Assembly: GCA_012295275.1 (NCBI GenBank)
Contig: CM022673.1
Location: 16,988,001 to 17,052,000, forward strand
Direction: 5' to 3'
Origin: Chrysomallon squamiferum
Lineage: Eukaryota > Animalia > Mollusca
DNA: 64,000 bases
A program made the position numbers and the translations under genes. Positions 1 through 14,318 of this stretch are shown one piece after another; position 1 is the first letter of the stretch, and every line of letters begins with the position of its first letter. The notes under the pieces were generated by a model. It did no database searches, was not told where the DNA came from, and was given only the letters and a program-made list of their open reading frames with translations.

Positions 1-1098
1 TGTCAAATTGGTTAGAATAGAAATAGCTAACAAGATTTGAACCAGGGATCTCTAAGGCTTAACATTTTAAAAAATAAGCTATACCCCGCTCCCTTTTACT
101 TCTGGGAAGTTTAAGATGTTGTAGCTGCAGCACAGGACTGTCACATCAAATCAAAAAGTACTAAAATTTCTTTTCTTTTTCATCCTTAACTTTGTGCTAC
201 ATTAAACCAATGTCTGGTTTTTATCACCAGTGTTGTACAAATTAGAACAATGTTCAAAGATCACAGACCTAGACTAGCAAGATGGGAGTTGGCCTGGGCC
301 TTTGAAGACTTGGTTCCGTTTGATAGTTTGGCCTGCAGATGTTTTAGCCAGTTACAAGTATATGAACCAGTTCATTGGGGATATTTAGGAGAAGATGATA
401 AATCTGACTTTGATGTAATGCTCCAGTGAGACATGAAACAAACTAAGCCCACAAAGAAGATCACAAGTACATATTTTTACTGTAGGAAAAAAATAAAATA
501 AAATAAAATAAAACTAAAAAATAAAATTCCATTTCTCTTGTTTAGACAAGCAATATGTTACTTTGACTTCTGTGTCAAGAACTAAAAACAAGAGATAACA
601 AATTAGGAAGTAAAACAAAAAGTGAGAGAGAAAAAAAAAAAAACAAAAACCAACTATTTTGATGTGTGCAATATGAATAACAACAAATTTTCAACAAATA
701 TGTTGTGTATGTGTGTCAGTTTTATCTGTGCATATTTGTTTTTTCTGTTTCTGCATGTATAAAATTTTAAATACTTTTGCTTTTTCTGAAAGGTTTTAAA
801 AGGTATAACACAATAGGCATACTCAGCTTCTGTGAATGAAGGTGTACTGGGTGCTGGGTGTGGTGTCCAACACAACAGTATGAGATGTATTAAATACCAG
901 TGATATATACCTTTGATCAAGCAGTGTTTTGAAAAAGTGAAAGAAAGTGTACACACCCAATGTATTTCTGGGAATATCTGCATAATATAATACATGTTAT
1001 TTTACAGATACAGATGTATGTACATGTGTGTGTGTGTGAATGTGTGTTTGTTTGTGAGTGTTGTTTATTTATTTATTAATCTTTTAATTATAATGTAT

Positions 1099-1100
<2 letters not shown>

Positions 1101-1190
<90 letters not shown>
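1101..1190. repeat. (CT)n(AT)n compound microsatellite
   Basis: Read directly. Confidence 0.95.
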
Positions 1191-1193
<3 letters not shown>

Positions 1194-2110
1194 AATAATA
1201 ATAATAAAAGCAATATTTTTAAAAATTTAAACTTTTAAAAACAAATTAAACAACTATCAGTGATTTGTATTCTTCATCTTCTTCCAAGACTTTATTTCTA
1301 ATTAAGCAAACAGGAAATGATAAACTGGGCAGTTTGAATATTCTTCTAATTAACTGCTATATTTAGAACAGTTTACACTCCAAACAAAGTAATGTAAACC
1401 ATAAGTATTACAGTTGCTAGGATAAGTAAACAGCTATTAGGTAATCCAGCTGATTTGTTCATACAAGTTTAATTAAACAGTAAAACAGACATTGCCAAAT
1501 TAGTGTATGATGTATCAAGTGTTTTATCTAACCAAAAACATAAAAAATAGAAAATAAAAGATGTATTAAATATAAAATTAAATATAATTGTCAAAACACT
1601 TTATATTAGGGTGTACAGACAATGTAATGTATATAAATGTGTGAATGTATGTATATATATATGTATTTCTCTGAGAGTGTGTGTGTGTTTTGTGTATGCC
1701 TCTATATATGCATACATGAAAATGTTTCACATATAGAACTATTTTTCCAAAATTAATTCTTCTTCTTCTTTATTAACTGAAAATACAAAGATTAATTATT
1801 AAAGAAAAACACAATTAGGAGTCATCACTTGCTGAAATAAAATAACTAGCGATGCGAACTGACTTAGTCTTTAAAGACTTTTTGATGAAATAATCCATTA
1901 CCTTTTTCCCCCTTAAAACAGAATCTTTTATATTCTTGGCACCACAAAAAATCCCAATAAAAAAGAAAGAAAAGAACTCATGTAAGTCTGTTATCTGATG
2001 CAGTAAATAAAATTTTGACTCATGATTTTCTGTATGCCAATTTTTTTAAATGAAAGTCAGTTAACACATGATAAATTCACAACAACAGAAAGAACAAAAA
2101 AAAATATATA

Positions 2111-2113
<3 letters not shown>

Positions 2114-2181
<68 letters not shown>
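2114..2181. repeat. Poly(A) tract of about 68 nt
   Basis: Read directly. Confidence 0.95.
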
Positions 2182-2183
<2 letters not shown>

Positions 2184-2185
2184 AA

Positions 2186-2216
<31 letters not shown>

Positions 2217-3572
2217 GCCCCTTATCTTAGCAAAAATGAAACCACTGATATCACACTTCACACTTTACCAATACCCAACATGACCCTGTTTCCAGCTTGA
2301 ACCTTTTTCTTAGTATATAAAAATTATGAAAACAAAATATTACCTCATGTACTACATGTTCTACTGAAACATTCTGCTCTTTAATATACATGTTATTATA
2401 ATCTGAGTATGTATTTCTACCACAGATTTCCAGTGTGTCTACTTTCAGTATGATTACCTTGCTGGTATATATATATATATGTGTATGTATCTTGATCGAT
2501 CACAAGCTAGCAGGTCAAGTGTGGAATATATGAAATAGTTTATATGCACTCCAGTCACTTGTAAAACCACCATTATGTGCAGCCTGCACCCATTACAAAC
2601 TGGATGGAACAGAGATCATACACAGGGAAAGCCATGCTGCTGAACATAATTGTGTTTTAATGTGTTTTTAGCCTAACCTCCTGCAGTGATAGTTATGTAT
2701 GGATATACTGTTATTAACATAAAATATACATGTAAAGGTAACAATTGTTTAACATAATTACACACTTAGATAAACCTGTATAAAGTTCTATGTTCTTTTT
2801 GTGTGTGTATATGTACAAATGTATGTATGCATAATCTATATGTATGTGTGTGTGCATTTGTGTGTGTGTGTGTAAATGTGTGTGTGTGTGTGTGTGTTTG
2901 TGTGTGTGTTTGTGTGTATGCATGCATGTGAAGCATGTATAAGTGTGTTTATGTAATATATATATATATATATATATGCAGGCTCTATGTATATCCATCA
3001 TCAATAAACAAGATGATATCGAGAAATCACATGAAAAATTGCTATGTATTTACAGTGTTTCAATATCCTTTTCTATGTTAAACATAAGCAAAAAAGGACA
3101 ACTGTACCATTAAAGTAGCTCTATGGTATTTGCTATATTTATGTCATACTTTATTATTAGTTTTTCTGGAGAGCAGAAAACACTAACAGAATATTCACCT
3201 GGAAGTATACAAAGTATTAATGCTGCATATTGATGTCTTCACTAAAGACAAATACAATTTACATAACTGTGCTAATTTCACATGACTGAAGAAAGCTTCT
3301 TTCAGTAAAATATAATCATGAATATACTAAGATCAGCACAAACCAAAGATGCCATGGAAACAAGATAAGCATCGTCAGGGAGACGTAGCTTTCACTTGAG
3401 GTAGAGAAGTAAATTTATAATGTACAGTGTTATCTAAGCAGACAGGTGCTAAACTTTGCCAGTTTATATCAGATGACACTTTGAAATCTGTTAATGGTGT
3501 AAGAGACCAAAGCAGAATGATACTTTTGTTGCAAAATAAGCCACAGTTTGCAAATCTTTAAAAACATTAAAA

Positions 3573-3599
3573 AAATAAATAAATAAATAAATAAAAACA

Positions 3600-3642
<43 letters not shown>

Positions 3643-3647
3643 AAACA

Positions 3648-3702
<55 letters not shown>

Positions 3703-3707
3703 AAACA

Positions 3708-3745
<38 letters not shown>
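3573..3745. repeat. (TAAA)n with periodic AAAACA interruptions
   Basis: Read directly. Confidence 0.95.
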
Positions 3746-3747
<2 letters not shown>

Positions 3748-3811
3748 AAGTAATAAAAATCATAAAAAACAACCCTCATTTTTAGTAAGGTTTCTTGAAG
3801 AGATGTGTTAG

Positions 3812-4066
3812 AGATCAGTGGTTAGAATGCATACTGATGTGAGATGCACTGTAATTTTTCCAGTTCCAGCAGTGCTTTCCTGTAAATGTGTTTTCCTACC
3901 TATAAAAAGGTGAACATAAAAATTATCTTAATTGAATAAAAAACCCAGCTCATGAGATGGCTGCAAAAGATTTCTCTCCTCATGTACATGATCTTTAATC
4001 ACATATGTGATGCTATGTAACTGCAAATTTTAAAACATTCTTAAAGCAGCATTAAATAAAATATTT
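3812..4066 (+). mobile_element. Decayed tRNA-derived SINE
   Basis: A-box-like TCAGTGGTTAGA, TTCCAGCAGTGC core, ends TTAAATAAAATATTT; related to 18195-18420; resembles from memory a gastropod SINE family. Confidence 0.5.
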
Positions 4067-4563
4067 ACACTCTAATTTCCTTTTAGTAAACTTTACAGTT
4101 AGGAAAGAGAAAAGCATTCTTAAACTCAGCATACCTTACCACTTTTTTGTTATCATGCAGTAATTAAACACACGAAAAATACAGTGACTACCACAGCAAT
4201 TTTCACATATTCTGTCACTTTAGTTTTTTCTTTGCTAAGCCATGGTTTAGATCTGACTGGAAGTAACGCAGTAACCTTTTGTCTGTGTTTTGCCCTGTGG
4301 GGCTGTATGATATTTTGACCAAAATATTATTTACTTGCTCTCACAGAACAGTGCTGAGACTATCTGCCTTGTTCATCAGTAAGACAATATTATCTTTACA
4401 CTGGAAGTCTTTATCTTCAAACACACAGATGACAGACAGACACTAAAACTGATTGTTAATGTAACAGGCACCACACCTGGTACATGAACATGAATGTAAA
4501 AATTATCTTCTGTATAAAATTTTAAATATGCATGGATTAGTATATGTCTCAATTATATATATA

Positions 4564-4613
4564 TGTGTGTGTGTTTGTGTGTGTGAGTGTGTTTGTGTGT
4601 GTGTGTGTGTGTG

Positions 4614-4671
<58 letters not shown>

Positions 4672-4684
4672 AGTGTGTGTGTGT
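4564..4684. repeat. (TG)n microsatellite
   Basis: Read directly. Confidence 0.95.
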
Positions 4685-4685
4685 T

Positions 4686-5153
4686 TTAAGATTTGAATAG
4701 TCTCTGTCTTATACGTGTTTGATTAGACTCTGCACATGAACAATATTTGGGCACACACTGGCACAGAAAGACAAAGTCCAATCATGACCTCACAAACCCT
4801 GTCAGATGCCATTGATGAAGAAGGAAGATGTTACTGTTTGGCCATTAAGACAACCTTGAAAAAGGTTGCCCAGTAACTGAGGGTAATCATCACTTCCCAC
4901 AAAGCACAACATTCTTTGTCAGTCATCATTTTTGCATGTATGTATGTATATATGGATGTATTATGTATGTATGTATGTATGTGTGTGTGTGTGTATGTGT
5001 GTATGTATGTATGTATGTATTTAAGATGTTTTGAATATTCTGTCTTATGTACATTTGATTAGATTCTGCATGTAGACAATATCTGGGAATGCATGGCTCA
5101 GGAGGACAAAGTCCAATCACGACCTCACCAACCCTGCCAGATGCTGCTGATGA

Positions 5154-5155
<2 letters not shown>
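4686..5155. repeat. Diverged ~135-bp direct repeat pair
   Basis: TTAAGAT..CTGTCTTAT..TTTGATTAGA..GACAAAGTCCAATCA.GACCTCAC..ACCCTG.CAGATGC at about 4686-4820 and 5021-5155. Confidence 0.75.
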
Positions 5156-5195
<40 letters not shown>

Positions 5196-6184
5196 TATGA
5201 AGTGTGAGTGTGTGTATGCAAGAATGCATTTTTATATGTATTTATTTATTTAAAAGTGTGTAGATGTGTATATATATGTGTGTGTGAGTGTGTATGTGTG
5301 CAAGAATTTATCTATTTATCTATTTATTTATTTTGTCTACAATGTTTATATAAATGTCTTTGTACAAGATAGTTCAAAGTATTATTCAATCATTTTGAGT
5401 CAATGAACAGGTCAGTACTGAGCATTACACCTGCAGTACCTGGCATCCACCCAACTGTACCTGTCTTACCTAGAAACACAGATCTGTGACGAGCAGAACA
5501 CACAGTTTACCTACATTGAATTCCTCTTGCATCCTCTGACCTTTGTTTCAGGTAACTGACATTTCAGTTCTTTGTTTTCTGAACACACATGTTATATACA
5601 TGGTTTACACCTCAGCTTCCACACACCACGGATTAACATAATACAGGTGAGAGGTAAGACGTAAACCATTTACAGGTGTGTCTCTGATTAAGATACATCA
5701 CATTATGAAAATGGTTTATCTTTAAAGGAGAACTGTTTAATTTAATTCATGTATGTATGTGTATATATGTATGTATGAATGTGTATGGATGGATGTATGT
5801 AATTTAAACACAGAAATTCACATTCAGCAGGGTTTTGTTCACCATATTGATGCATATGCCCATGTCAACACACATATTCAATCTGATAAACACACCTGTA
5901 CCCATGTTGACATTCATATTAAACTTCATACATACCCCAGTGTTGTTTAAATCACAAGTCAAGTTACATAACAGATCAGGAAATCAAATATTTCAATTTA
6001 TGTTTCTTGTCATGAAGTATGACTCAGCAAAATTAAGATCTCATGTCAAATAGATATTTAGGATATTATACATGTATGCTTCTATGACAGATATATCAGA
6101 CACATTTATAACAGATGAATTTATCATGAAATCAAATATTACCTACTAAACTAATATATATAATCACACTGAATGCATGTATGT

Positions 6185-6185
<1 letters not shown>

Positions 6186-6239
<54 letters not shown>

Positions 6240-6266
6240 GTACAGACACACACACACACACACACA
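6186..6266. repeat. (CA)n microsatellite
   Basis: Read directly. Confidence 0.95.
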
Positions 6267-7135
6267 AAATCACACATATATATCTTGTTATTAAGCATGT
6301 ACTTAAAGTAAATATTAATGTCCAGGCAATCACATTCACTGAATGTAATATTATGAGTATTACTTATGTACATATAGCATACAGATGAAGCCAGTACATG
6401 TGTATTAAATCAGTTCTAGACTACTGGGTCTAGACTAATGAATTCAGTATTATTAATATAACATATCTTCATAAATATAAATATAAATAGAGCCAAAATA
6501 TGCATTAAATCAATTAGGAAATTCCATGCTATCACATGTTAAATAAGTCCCAGTTATTTCAACCCTATAAACTGTGCAGAAAGCTTCACGGAAGGATATA
6601 TATGTGGTACTGTATGTGATGAATATTTATTTGCTCAGAGCTACATCCATGTTGATCTAAGGATATTAAATCAAGCCAGTACTGTCAGCAATTTGCTAAC
6701 AGTGCCTAAACCAACATACAGCACTGCATATTCTGATCTCAGTGTAATTAACAGAGAAAAGAATACAGCGTTTTTCCCATTCCACTCCTGTCATAATTCA
6801 CTAGATTTTTCTTATTGTCTGTCACGCTTCGTTTGTCTCCGCTTGTGTGTACTCTTTGACTGGGACCAGCTAATATCATGCTCCATTCCCATCATGCTGC
6901 TGCTTATGTGTTTATGTCAATGGCATTGGACTAATAATTGTGACAGCAATGTGAAATATGTTAATACAAATCACAAGTGATCCTAACCTATCAGTGGCTG
7001 CAATCTGCAGTGAAGACAAGCTGCTGTTTTTACTAGGTAGCATGGTAAAATATCTCCAATGAATGCCACATACACTTCCATCAGGAATTGGCACCAAAGA
7101 CATAACAGTTTCTGAATGTAATGGCATCTTCTAAT

Positions 7136-7139
<4 letters not shown>

Positions 7140-7205
<66 letters not shown>
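7140..7205. repeat. (GA)n microsatellite
   Basis: Read directly. Confidence 0.95.
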
Positions 7206-7210
<5 letters not shown>

Positions 7211-10200
7211 AAACAGAGAAATGGGATCAAAACAAATTAAAACAGCAAAAATCAAAACAATTGAAAAAAAGAAAGAGAGCAAGAAGAAATAAACGAAAGA
7301 CACCCAAGAACTAAATTATTTTTCATTCATTCATTCAAAAGAAACCAACAACAGCAACTACAAGAACAACAACAAAACCCATTAACAATAATGATCATAC
7401 TATGGTAAAAAATTATGCTTTAAAAACTATAGAATTTAGAATCTGATAACAAACCCTTTTAACACTCAGAGGTTAATCTAGGTATTAGATGTAGTCTGAA
7501 CTGATAATCTTATTGAACAAAAACCATAATACTACAACACATTATGCAGACCAGATACTGTGTATTGTATCTCTTGTAACTAGTTTCTATAAAAATGACG
7601 TGACATGATATCCAATGCAGTGACGTTTAATGTAGCAGTTGCTTTAGGAATGCAGCAAATAAATCTGTTCTCTCAGGACACTGGGAGTGATCAGCTGCTG
7701 GACTTACCCTCAGTTATTAGTCATGCATTTTAAAAGTAGCAGTAGAGCCCATTCATCTCTGTCTGAGTTCATTTATTTTTACTTGTTTAATGTCTGTTCC
7801 TCTTTTTTAAAGCACAACCTTCTTTAGATATATTCAGAAAGACTTTTGTTATCATTGCTAGTCGTCTGCAAACAGTGAAAAAAATAGTTCAAGAATAATG
7901 GTTTCTGTATATTTAGAACTCACATTTAATTTCTGCTAAACTAAAATATATATGGAAAGATGTGCACATAAAGATATACCTATATATAACAAAATATTTA
8001 AGTTAGTAAAGAGATATGCTAAAAGAGTAAACTGTACTTTTTAGATGAATGTTTAAAGTTTCAATAAGTTAATTCTGTCTGCTCACTGAAGAAGATATCA
8101 TTACAAAATGTGCATGCACTAAAGCTGATTTTCTTAAAGGGTATAATTTATAAAATGGTGTAATTTCTGCTGTATTGGTGAATCAGTTCTTTCAGTGTTT
8201 GTTTTTAATCATTTCCAAACAATAAACTTGTATTACCATAATGTTAATGTTTATAATCATCATAATTCCTTTTAAAAAGAAACCCAGTTAATAATATTTT
8301 CATATTGTTCCAGTTCCTTTAAGTATTCAGTATCAATAATGGTAATAAAGACTATAGAAATTAAAAATATAATAATAACAAATAAATAAACAACACATGT
8401 TACTAATAATATTTATAAGCAGGAAAACAAAAACATCTTTTGTAAATAAAAAGTAGTAAGAACAACAACAATAATGAGAACATAAAGTAAAAGAAAGAAA
8501 ACAAAAGAAGAAACCTGATACCAATTGATGAACACATGTTATTTACTAGCAGAATAATTCCTACCTTTAACAGACCAGGACAGGGAAGGGAGAATCGTTA
8601 CTATCTGCAGCCAGCCACTTCAAAGTGGTTCTGTGGTGCTCCTTCAGTTCATCTGGGATCACCACAGCACAGAAGAGCTGGCAATGTAATTAACCCTGGC
8701 AGCAGAAAGTCAGAGAGCAATTTTTTATGGCAGCCAAATGACAGAAAGTGATGCCACTGACTTATCATTCAGGAAACGGCAAACAACACTGGCATCTTTT
8801 TCCAGCCATAGAATTCACATGCAGGCAATTAATTTCCAGCTCTCTGGCTGGGAGTGTAATGGGCAAGACAGCTTCTTCTGTTTCTCACTTTTTACAAAAA
8901 TAGATAGTTCTGGACACCTGTACCTCTCCATCTTGGACAGAATTCTTCAGTGAAGAATGAGTGTGTCCATCAAAGGCCTGCTTGGATAGTGCATCTATAG
9001 ATACACATTAAAATGTACTAAACCCTACCCATATCTTATATTTCTGTTTTGAAAGCCACTATTATAAAAATAATATTTTTTATTGTTTATAAATGATTAA
9101 AAACAAACATTGAAAGAACACATATACCAAAACAGCAGAAATCATATCATTTTTTAAATTATACCCAGTAAGCAACTAAGTTATATCTTCCTTACAGAGC
9201 TGACAGAATCAGCTTATTCCTGAAGTAGAAACTTGTTTTTGTCAGGTGAATGGTGGTGCTGCTGACAAACTTGCTGAATAGTGTCATCATGTTCTTAGTT
9301 GCTTGCGGCTGTCCACACTGTCAAGTAAGTACAAGACTGTTTCCAAAACATGCTAGCTTGCACATTTCTCTACTGCAAGTCTGCTAAAAATGTTATTCAC
9401 TCCTACCCATCCATATTGTTTTATTCAGAATAGAACATTCCTGGAAGTTAAGCATAAAGTTTATGATAAACTTGTTTGATATTTCAGTGCTGGAAGTATT
9501 GGAATAATTATTCACCCAGAGCAACATGTACCTGCCTGTTTTGGACATTTTGATAGTGTAATGTGAGATTCTGTCCTAGACAGGCTTGCTTGAATAATTT
9601 CACTGATGGAACTATGCCAGAAGTCTGTCAAACCTATATAACACCTGTACCAAATAAAAGTTTTCTTTTCTTTCATCTTTCTTGGATAACATGTTTTTTT
9701 TTTCTTATCTCTGCTTTTTTTCTCTCTCTATTCTTTTGTTCAATTTACATTTTTATCAGGATATTAAAATCTGGATTCCGCTGAAGAAACATTTTCTTTG
9801 TTTCTAAACCTTTCTTTCTCTACCATTAGAATGTTTCCCATTCCAGCTATTGCCCATAAATAGACATTAGCAAAGACAATGGGATATGTTTTGTTTAGTA
9901 GAAAATTAACTTATACAATATCTCTTGCTTCTAATGACAAGATGTCATAAAAAAAAAAAAAAATTAAAAGAAACAAAAAATCATATTTGATATCCAATAG
10001 CAAGAGTGTAAAAACTATAAAAACCCAGTCAGGATTGCTAACAGTGAAAGTTAAACACTCAGCTATGACTTAAATATTTATCAATATTGTTATCATAACT
10101 TATCATTTTACCACATTTTCCTTCCACCATTTTTATTTATATTCTTTGCCTTCTCATTTTTAATTTCTCTCTCACTCACTTAAACACACATAAACACACT

Positions 10201-11392
10201 ATAAAAATACTTTCATTTTCCTTTTTTCATTGCTTATCTGAAAATATCAGTCTCTATCTTGTTCTTGTTTTTTAATGTTTCTGCTGCTTTCCATGCTTTA
10301 TATAAATCATTCTTATCTGTCTTATTCAGGTGCATATTAGTCACAAAAATACTGATTCACTTAACAAAGAGCTCAGATTGAAGAGGAGATAACTCAGACT
10401 GACCAGTAAATGAAAGTAACCCACCACTGCTTCCAATTCCGTTTGTTGATGAATGTTTTTCATTTACAAATCAACCATATGCCTCTCCTATTATATTTCC
10501 CCTTTGAAAGAGAGTTCAGTGAGGGTTTCAGGAAAATTCTGCCTGTAAACATTGTTATTGTCCCAGCATATCTTTAACTGATAATGAAAAAATTCCATTC
10601 TGTTAGCCTGGAGAATTAATATACATCAATATTTTCTTTATGCCTGTTGACTGATTTGGCATTTATTTGTTGACATAACTCCCACAACTTTTGGTTATTT
10701 TGCAGTCATTATGGAACAGAACAAATCCAGGTATTTCTGGTTGCAAAATATTTAACATGTCTATAGCAAATTTAGTAGTTGAGCAGAATAGCACTTAATT
10801 TTTATTTAGTATTAGAGTTTTCCTGAAGTGAGTCATGTGATAGGATCAAATCTCCTCAAAGACAGATCAGTGTCTTCATATCTCACAAAGCATTACAGGT
10901 CAATCCTTAGCCCATCAGCCAATTTCTGCTCAAGGCTGAGATCAAATAACGAGCAAAATATATATATAATAAATATATATATATATATATCTGAAAGATG
11001 TCTTGGTAGTTCTTTTCATAGAATTTATCATTATAAATTTTGTAATAGCATGACCTTAAAATGTGCTGAGCTTCAATTATAATATATAACCACAAATATA
11101 ACTGTAAAATTCTCTGTCTTTCAGTTCCTCCCTCTCTCCCTCTCTCTCTCTGACTCTAAAATGATTTTAACAAGTGGTCACAATTTGTTTGGCCATAGGA
11201 TAAACAATTTTTAAATATTAATAATTATTCAGTTTCAATCATGTCAAGAGAAAATCATGCCATGTGTTGCTTTCCTCAATTCAATTAACAGAAAACTTTA
11301 TAATTATGAATCTATCACCAGCCAGGAAACCACATATGACAGTTTTTAATTTAGGTGCCACTAGCAGTAACAGAAAACTGTCCAGCATGCTG

Positions 11393-11604
11393 CAATAATG
11401 AATGATCCTGTCATTCACTATTCCTAAGACAAGCAGTCTAACCACTGGACTATATCTCATTGTTTCACACAATGTTGGCAGATTTGACAATTAAAAACAA
11501 TAATGAATGATCCTGTCATTCACTATTCCTAAGACAAGCAGTCTAACCACTGGACTATATCTCATTGTTTCACACAATGTTGGCAGATTTGACAATTAAA
11601 AACA
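11393..11604. repeat. Perfect 105-bp tandem duplication
   Basis: CAATAATGAATGATCCTGTC...GACAATTAAAAA starts at 11393 and 11498, identical by eye. Confidence 0.92.
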
Positions 11605-12302
11605 GCCTGTTGAAGTGCTGCTGATTTAAACTGTTCTCATTTTCTTTGAAAATCACCCTTAAATACAAAACACATTTCTGAGTGGAGAAGTATTATCAGC
11701 TAAGTGCCTCCAATACAAACTCTAGAGTTGTTAGTAATTCATTTTTTATAAACATTGTTATAAGCAACAGCCGCGGCAAATATCAGTGATATGAGACCAG
11801 TCTGTGTTAATTTATATTTTTAATTGGATAATTAGTTTAACAGCACAGATGTTTAATTAATATAGAACAACTTGATGAGAGCAGAAGTAATAAATAAATG
11901 AACAAATATTTAATGATTTTTTCAACAGTAATAAATATGAAACATGTGGCATTCATATAACCTCATGTAAGAAATGAAACCTGCTGCCAAGTTTTTCATG
12001 AGATGCTGTTTTTAACAGCTTAGCACAGACAGGATAGTACATACAATGACCTTTGACGAACTATGTGAAATAGCCAGTGTTCAGCTTGTAATCCAAGAGG
12101 CTGTGATTTAATGTCAAAACTGGACACAAATTCCTGACACATTTCACAATCACATATTTTTAATAAAGTTAAACAAGCAAAGGTTGGTCTTGATGAATTA
12201 TAACAAATACAACAATCCTTTTGTAATAAATAAAATGTATTTATATTCATTCTATACCATATTTTACTAAGAAATAATTGACAAGTCACTTGTAACTAAG
12301 CA

Positions 12303-12650
12303 AAATGTATTACATTTATTAGTTTGTACCATTTGAAAGTAAAAAAGTACAATAATTGTAACTTATTATGGTATACACAATGTATTTATGTGATTATATA
12401 CAGAATGTATTAACTTGATGTTTTGCAGAATGTATTTACTTGGTGGTAAAGAGAATGTATTTATTCTGTAGTATATACAATGCATTTACTTGATGCTACA
12501 CTGAATGTATTTATTTGATGGATACATAATGTATTTACTTGATGATATAAAAAATGTATTTATTTGATGGTGTACTCATTATATTTACTTTATGAAATAC
12601 AAATGTATTTACTCCAAAGTATACAGAATATATTTACTTGAAGATATAAA
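12303..12650. repeat. Degenerate ~26-bp tandem repeat
   Basis: Recurring AATGTATTTACTTGATG core. Confidence 0.75.
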
Positions 12651-13546
12651 CAATATAGGTAAAGTTATCACATTAAGCTAACATAATTTTAAGTAAAAGA
12701 ATAAAAACAGTATAATTACATTTACATTATATACTTTTTAATAAATACCATCAGTTTCTCATTTTAAGATTAAAATAATTTCTTTTTACTGATGTTTTGA
12801 GTGCATCTTCTAATTACAGGTAATTGTATATGCTTTGTTTTCGTTTAATAATTCACTAGGTAGAGTTTAAAACCACACAAAAATACATTAACCAGGGGAA
12901 AAAAAAAAAAAAAAAAATAAAAAAAAAAAAAAAAAGAAAGGAACCCCCCCTCAAATTAGCTAGGTAATAAATACTAAAAAAGAAGAAAGAAAAGAAAAAT
13001 GTTATTAGGTAGATGAAACATATCCAAAAAAAACCTATGTTCTAGGAAAAAGTGAACCAATGTAAAAGTTAACAGAGTATAAAGGTAATTTCATAGGTAA
13101 TATAAACATGAAACAAAATGTAATTCAGGTTAAATAATTTTTAAAAAGATAAAGTTTTCACAAAATAAATAAAACATAATTATTATAGTAAAATAAATAA
13201 AATATAATTATTTAAATAAAATGAAAAACAAATTAACCATAAAAAAAAAAAAAAAAAATTGTAATTAATAAGATAAAAAAAAAATTAAATTAAATTAAAA
13301 AAAGAAAAAACAAGTTATAAAGAGTATATCATTTGATTAAACAGGAATTTTTTTTTTTTAAAAATTAAAATTAAAAAATAAAATATAAAAAATATAAATA
13401 GGCAGGTACAATAAACAAACAAATATATATATATATATATATATTTACATACATATATTTCCAAGCAAAACAATTATATTTAATAAAACTAATAATTCAG
13501 GTGTGATAAAATAAAAAATAAAAGATACATAAAAACAAAATCTTAC

Positions 13547-13724
13547 CCATAATACATCTTGAACTTCATCAGCACAGATCTGGTACGACATTGTACCATC
13601 ATGGTACCTGTGAGGAGTACCATAATTCATTCTGTTATATTCCATGAACCTAAACCATGTACACCTGATAGGAAACCCGCTGAATAACTTCCAACTGACC
13701 AAACCTGGATATATCACCTTTCTT
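13547..13724 (-). CDS. Candidate exon of the unidentified - strand gene (acceptor and frame uncertain)
   Basis: Strong donor TGG|GTAAGA at 13547/13546; one frame open across the exon (RKVIYPG...DEVQDVLW); alternative internal acceptor ctcacag| gives MMVQCRTRSVLMKFKMYYG. Confidence 0.3.
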
Positions 13725-13900
13725 CTGAATGAAGCACTAACTATTTAGATATGAATCATCCACACGATCATGGCTGCTAAAAACTAAACACTGACAGATC
13801 AAGAACTTTTTTTTTTCAGTAACAAAAAAATGAAGAAGAAGAAACTAGTTTTAAAAAAATGGTGAAGATTTTAAGAAGTACAGTTGCTGAGACTACATAC

Positions 13901-14050
13901 TAAAGTTGGTGAGAGACACCAAGGAAAAAGGCAGCACATCCCACCAGTGACCTGACCAGTTTGTGGAATTTTCTTCTGGTACGGCTCAGAAGGTGATAAA
14001 CTCCCATTCTGTTTACCACATGTAGAATACCAGGCTCTGTGAGTAGGAAA
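13901..14050 (-). CDS. Candidate 150-nt exon of the unidentified - strand gene
   Basis: tgtag| FPTHRAWYSTCGKQNGSLSPSEPYQKKIPQTGQVTGGMCCLFPWCLSPTL |gtatgt; phase 0-0, raised GC; no recognisable homology. Confidence 0.35.
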
Positions 14051-14207
14051 CTACACACACCGGCATGAAAGGGAAAGGTGTGCAGTATGTCCCATGGCAC
14101 GGTTGCCAAGATACCAAACAGTTATAGCACTGAATATTAAAATCATTATCTGCACAGACAATTTGAAACAGTTACTATTACTTGTATTAAATGTGTTTTG
14201 TATGTCT

Positions 14208-14318
<111 letters not shown>

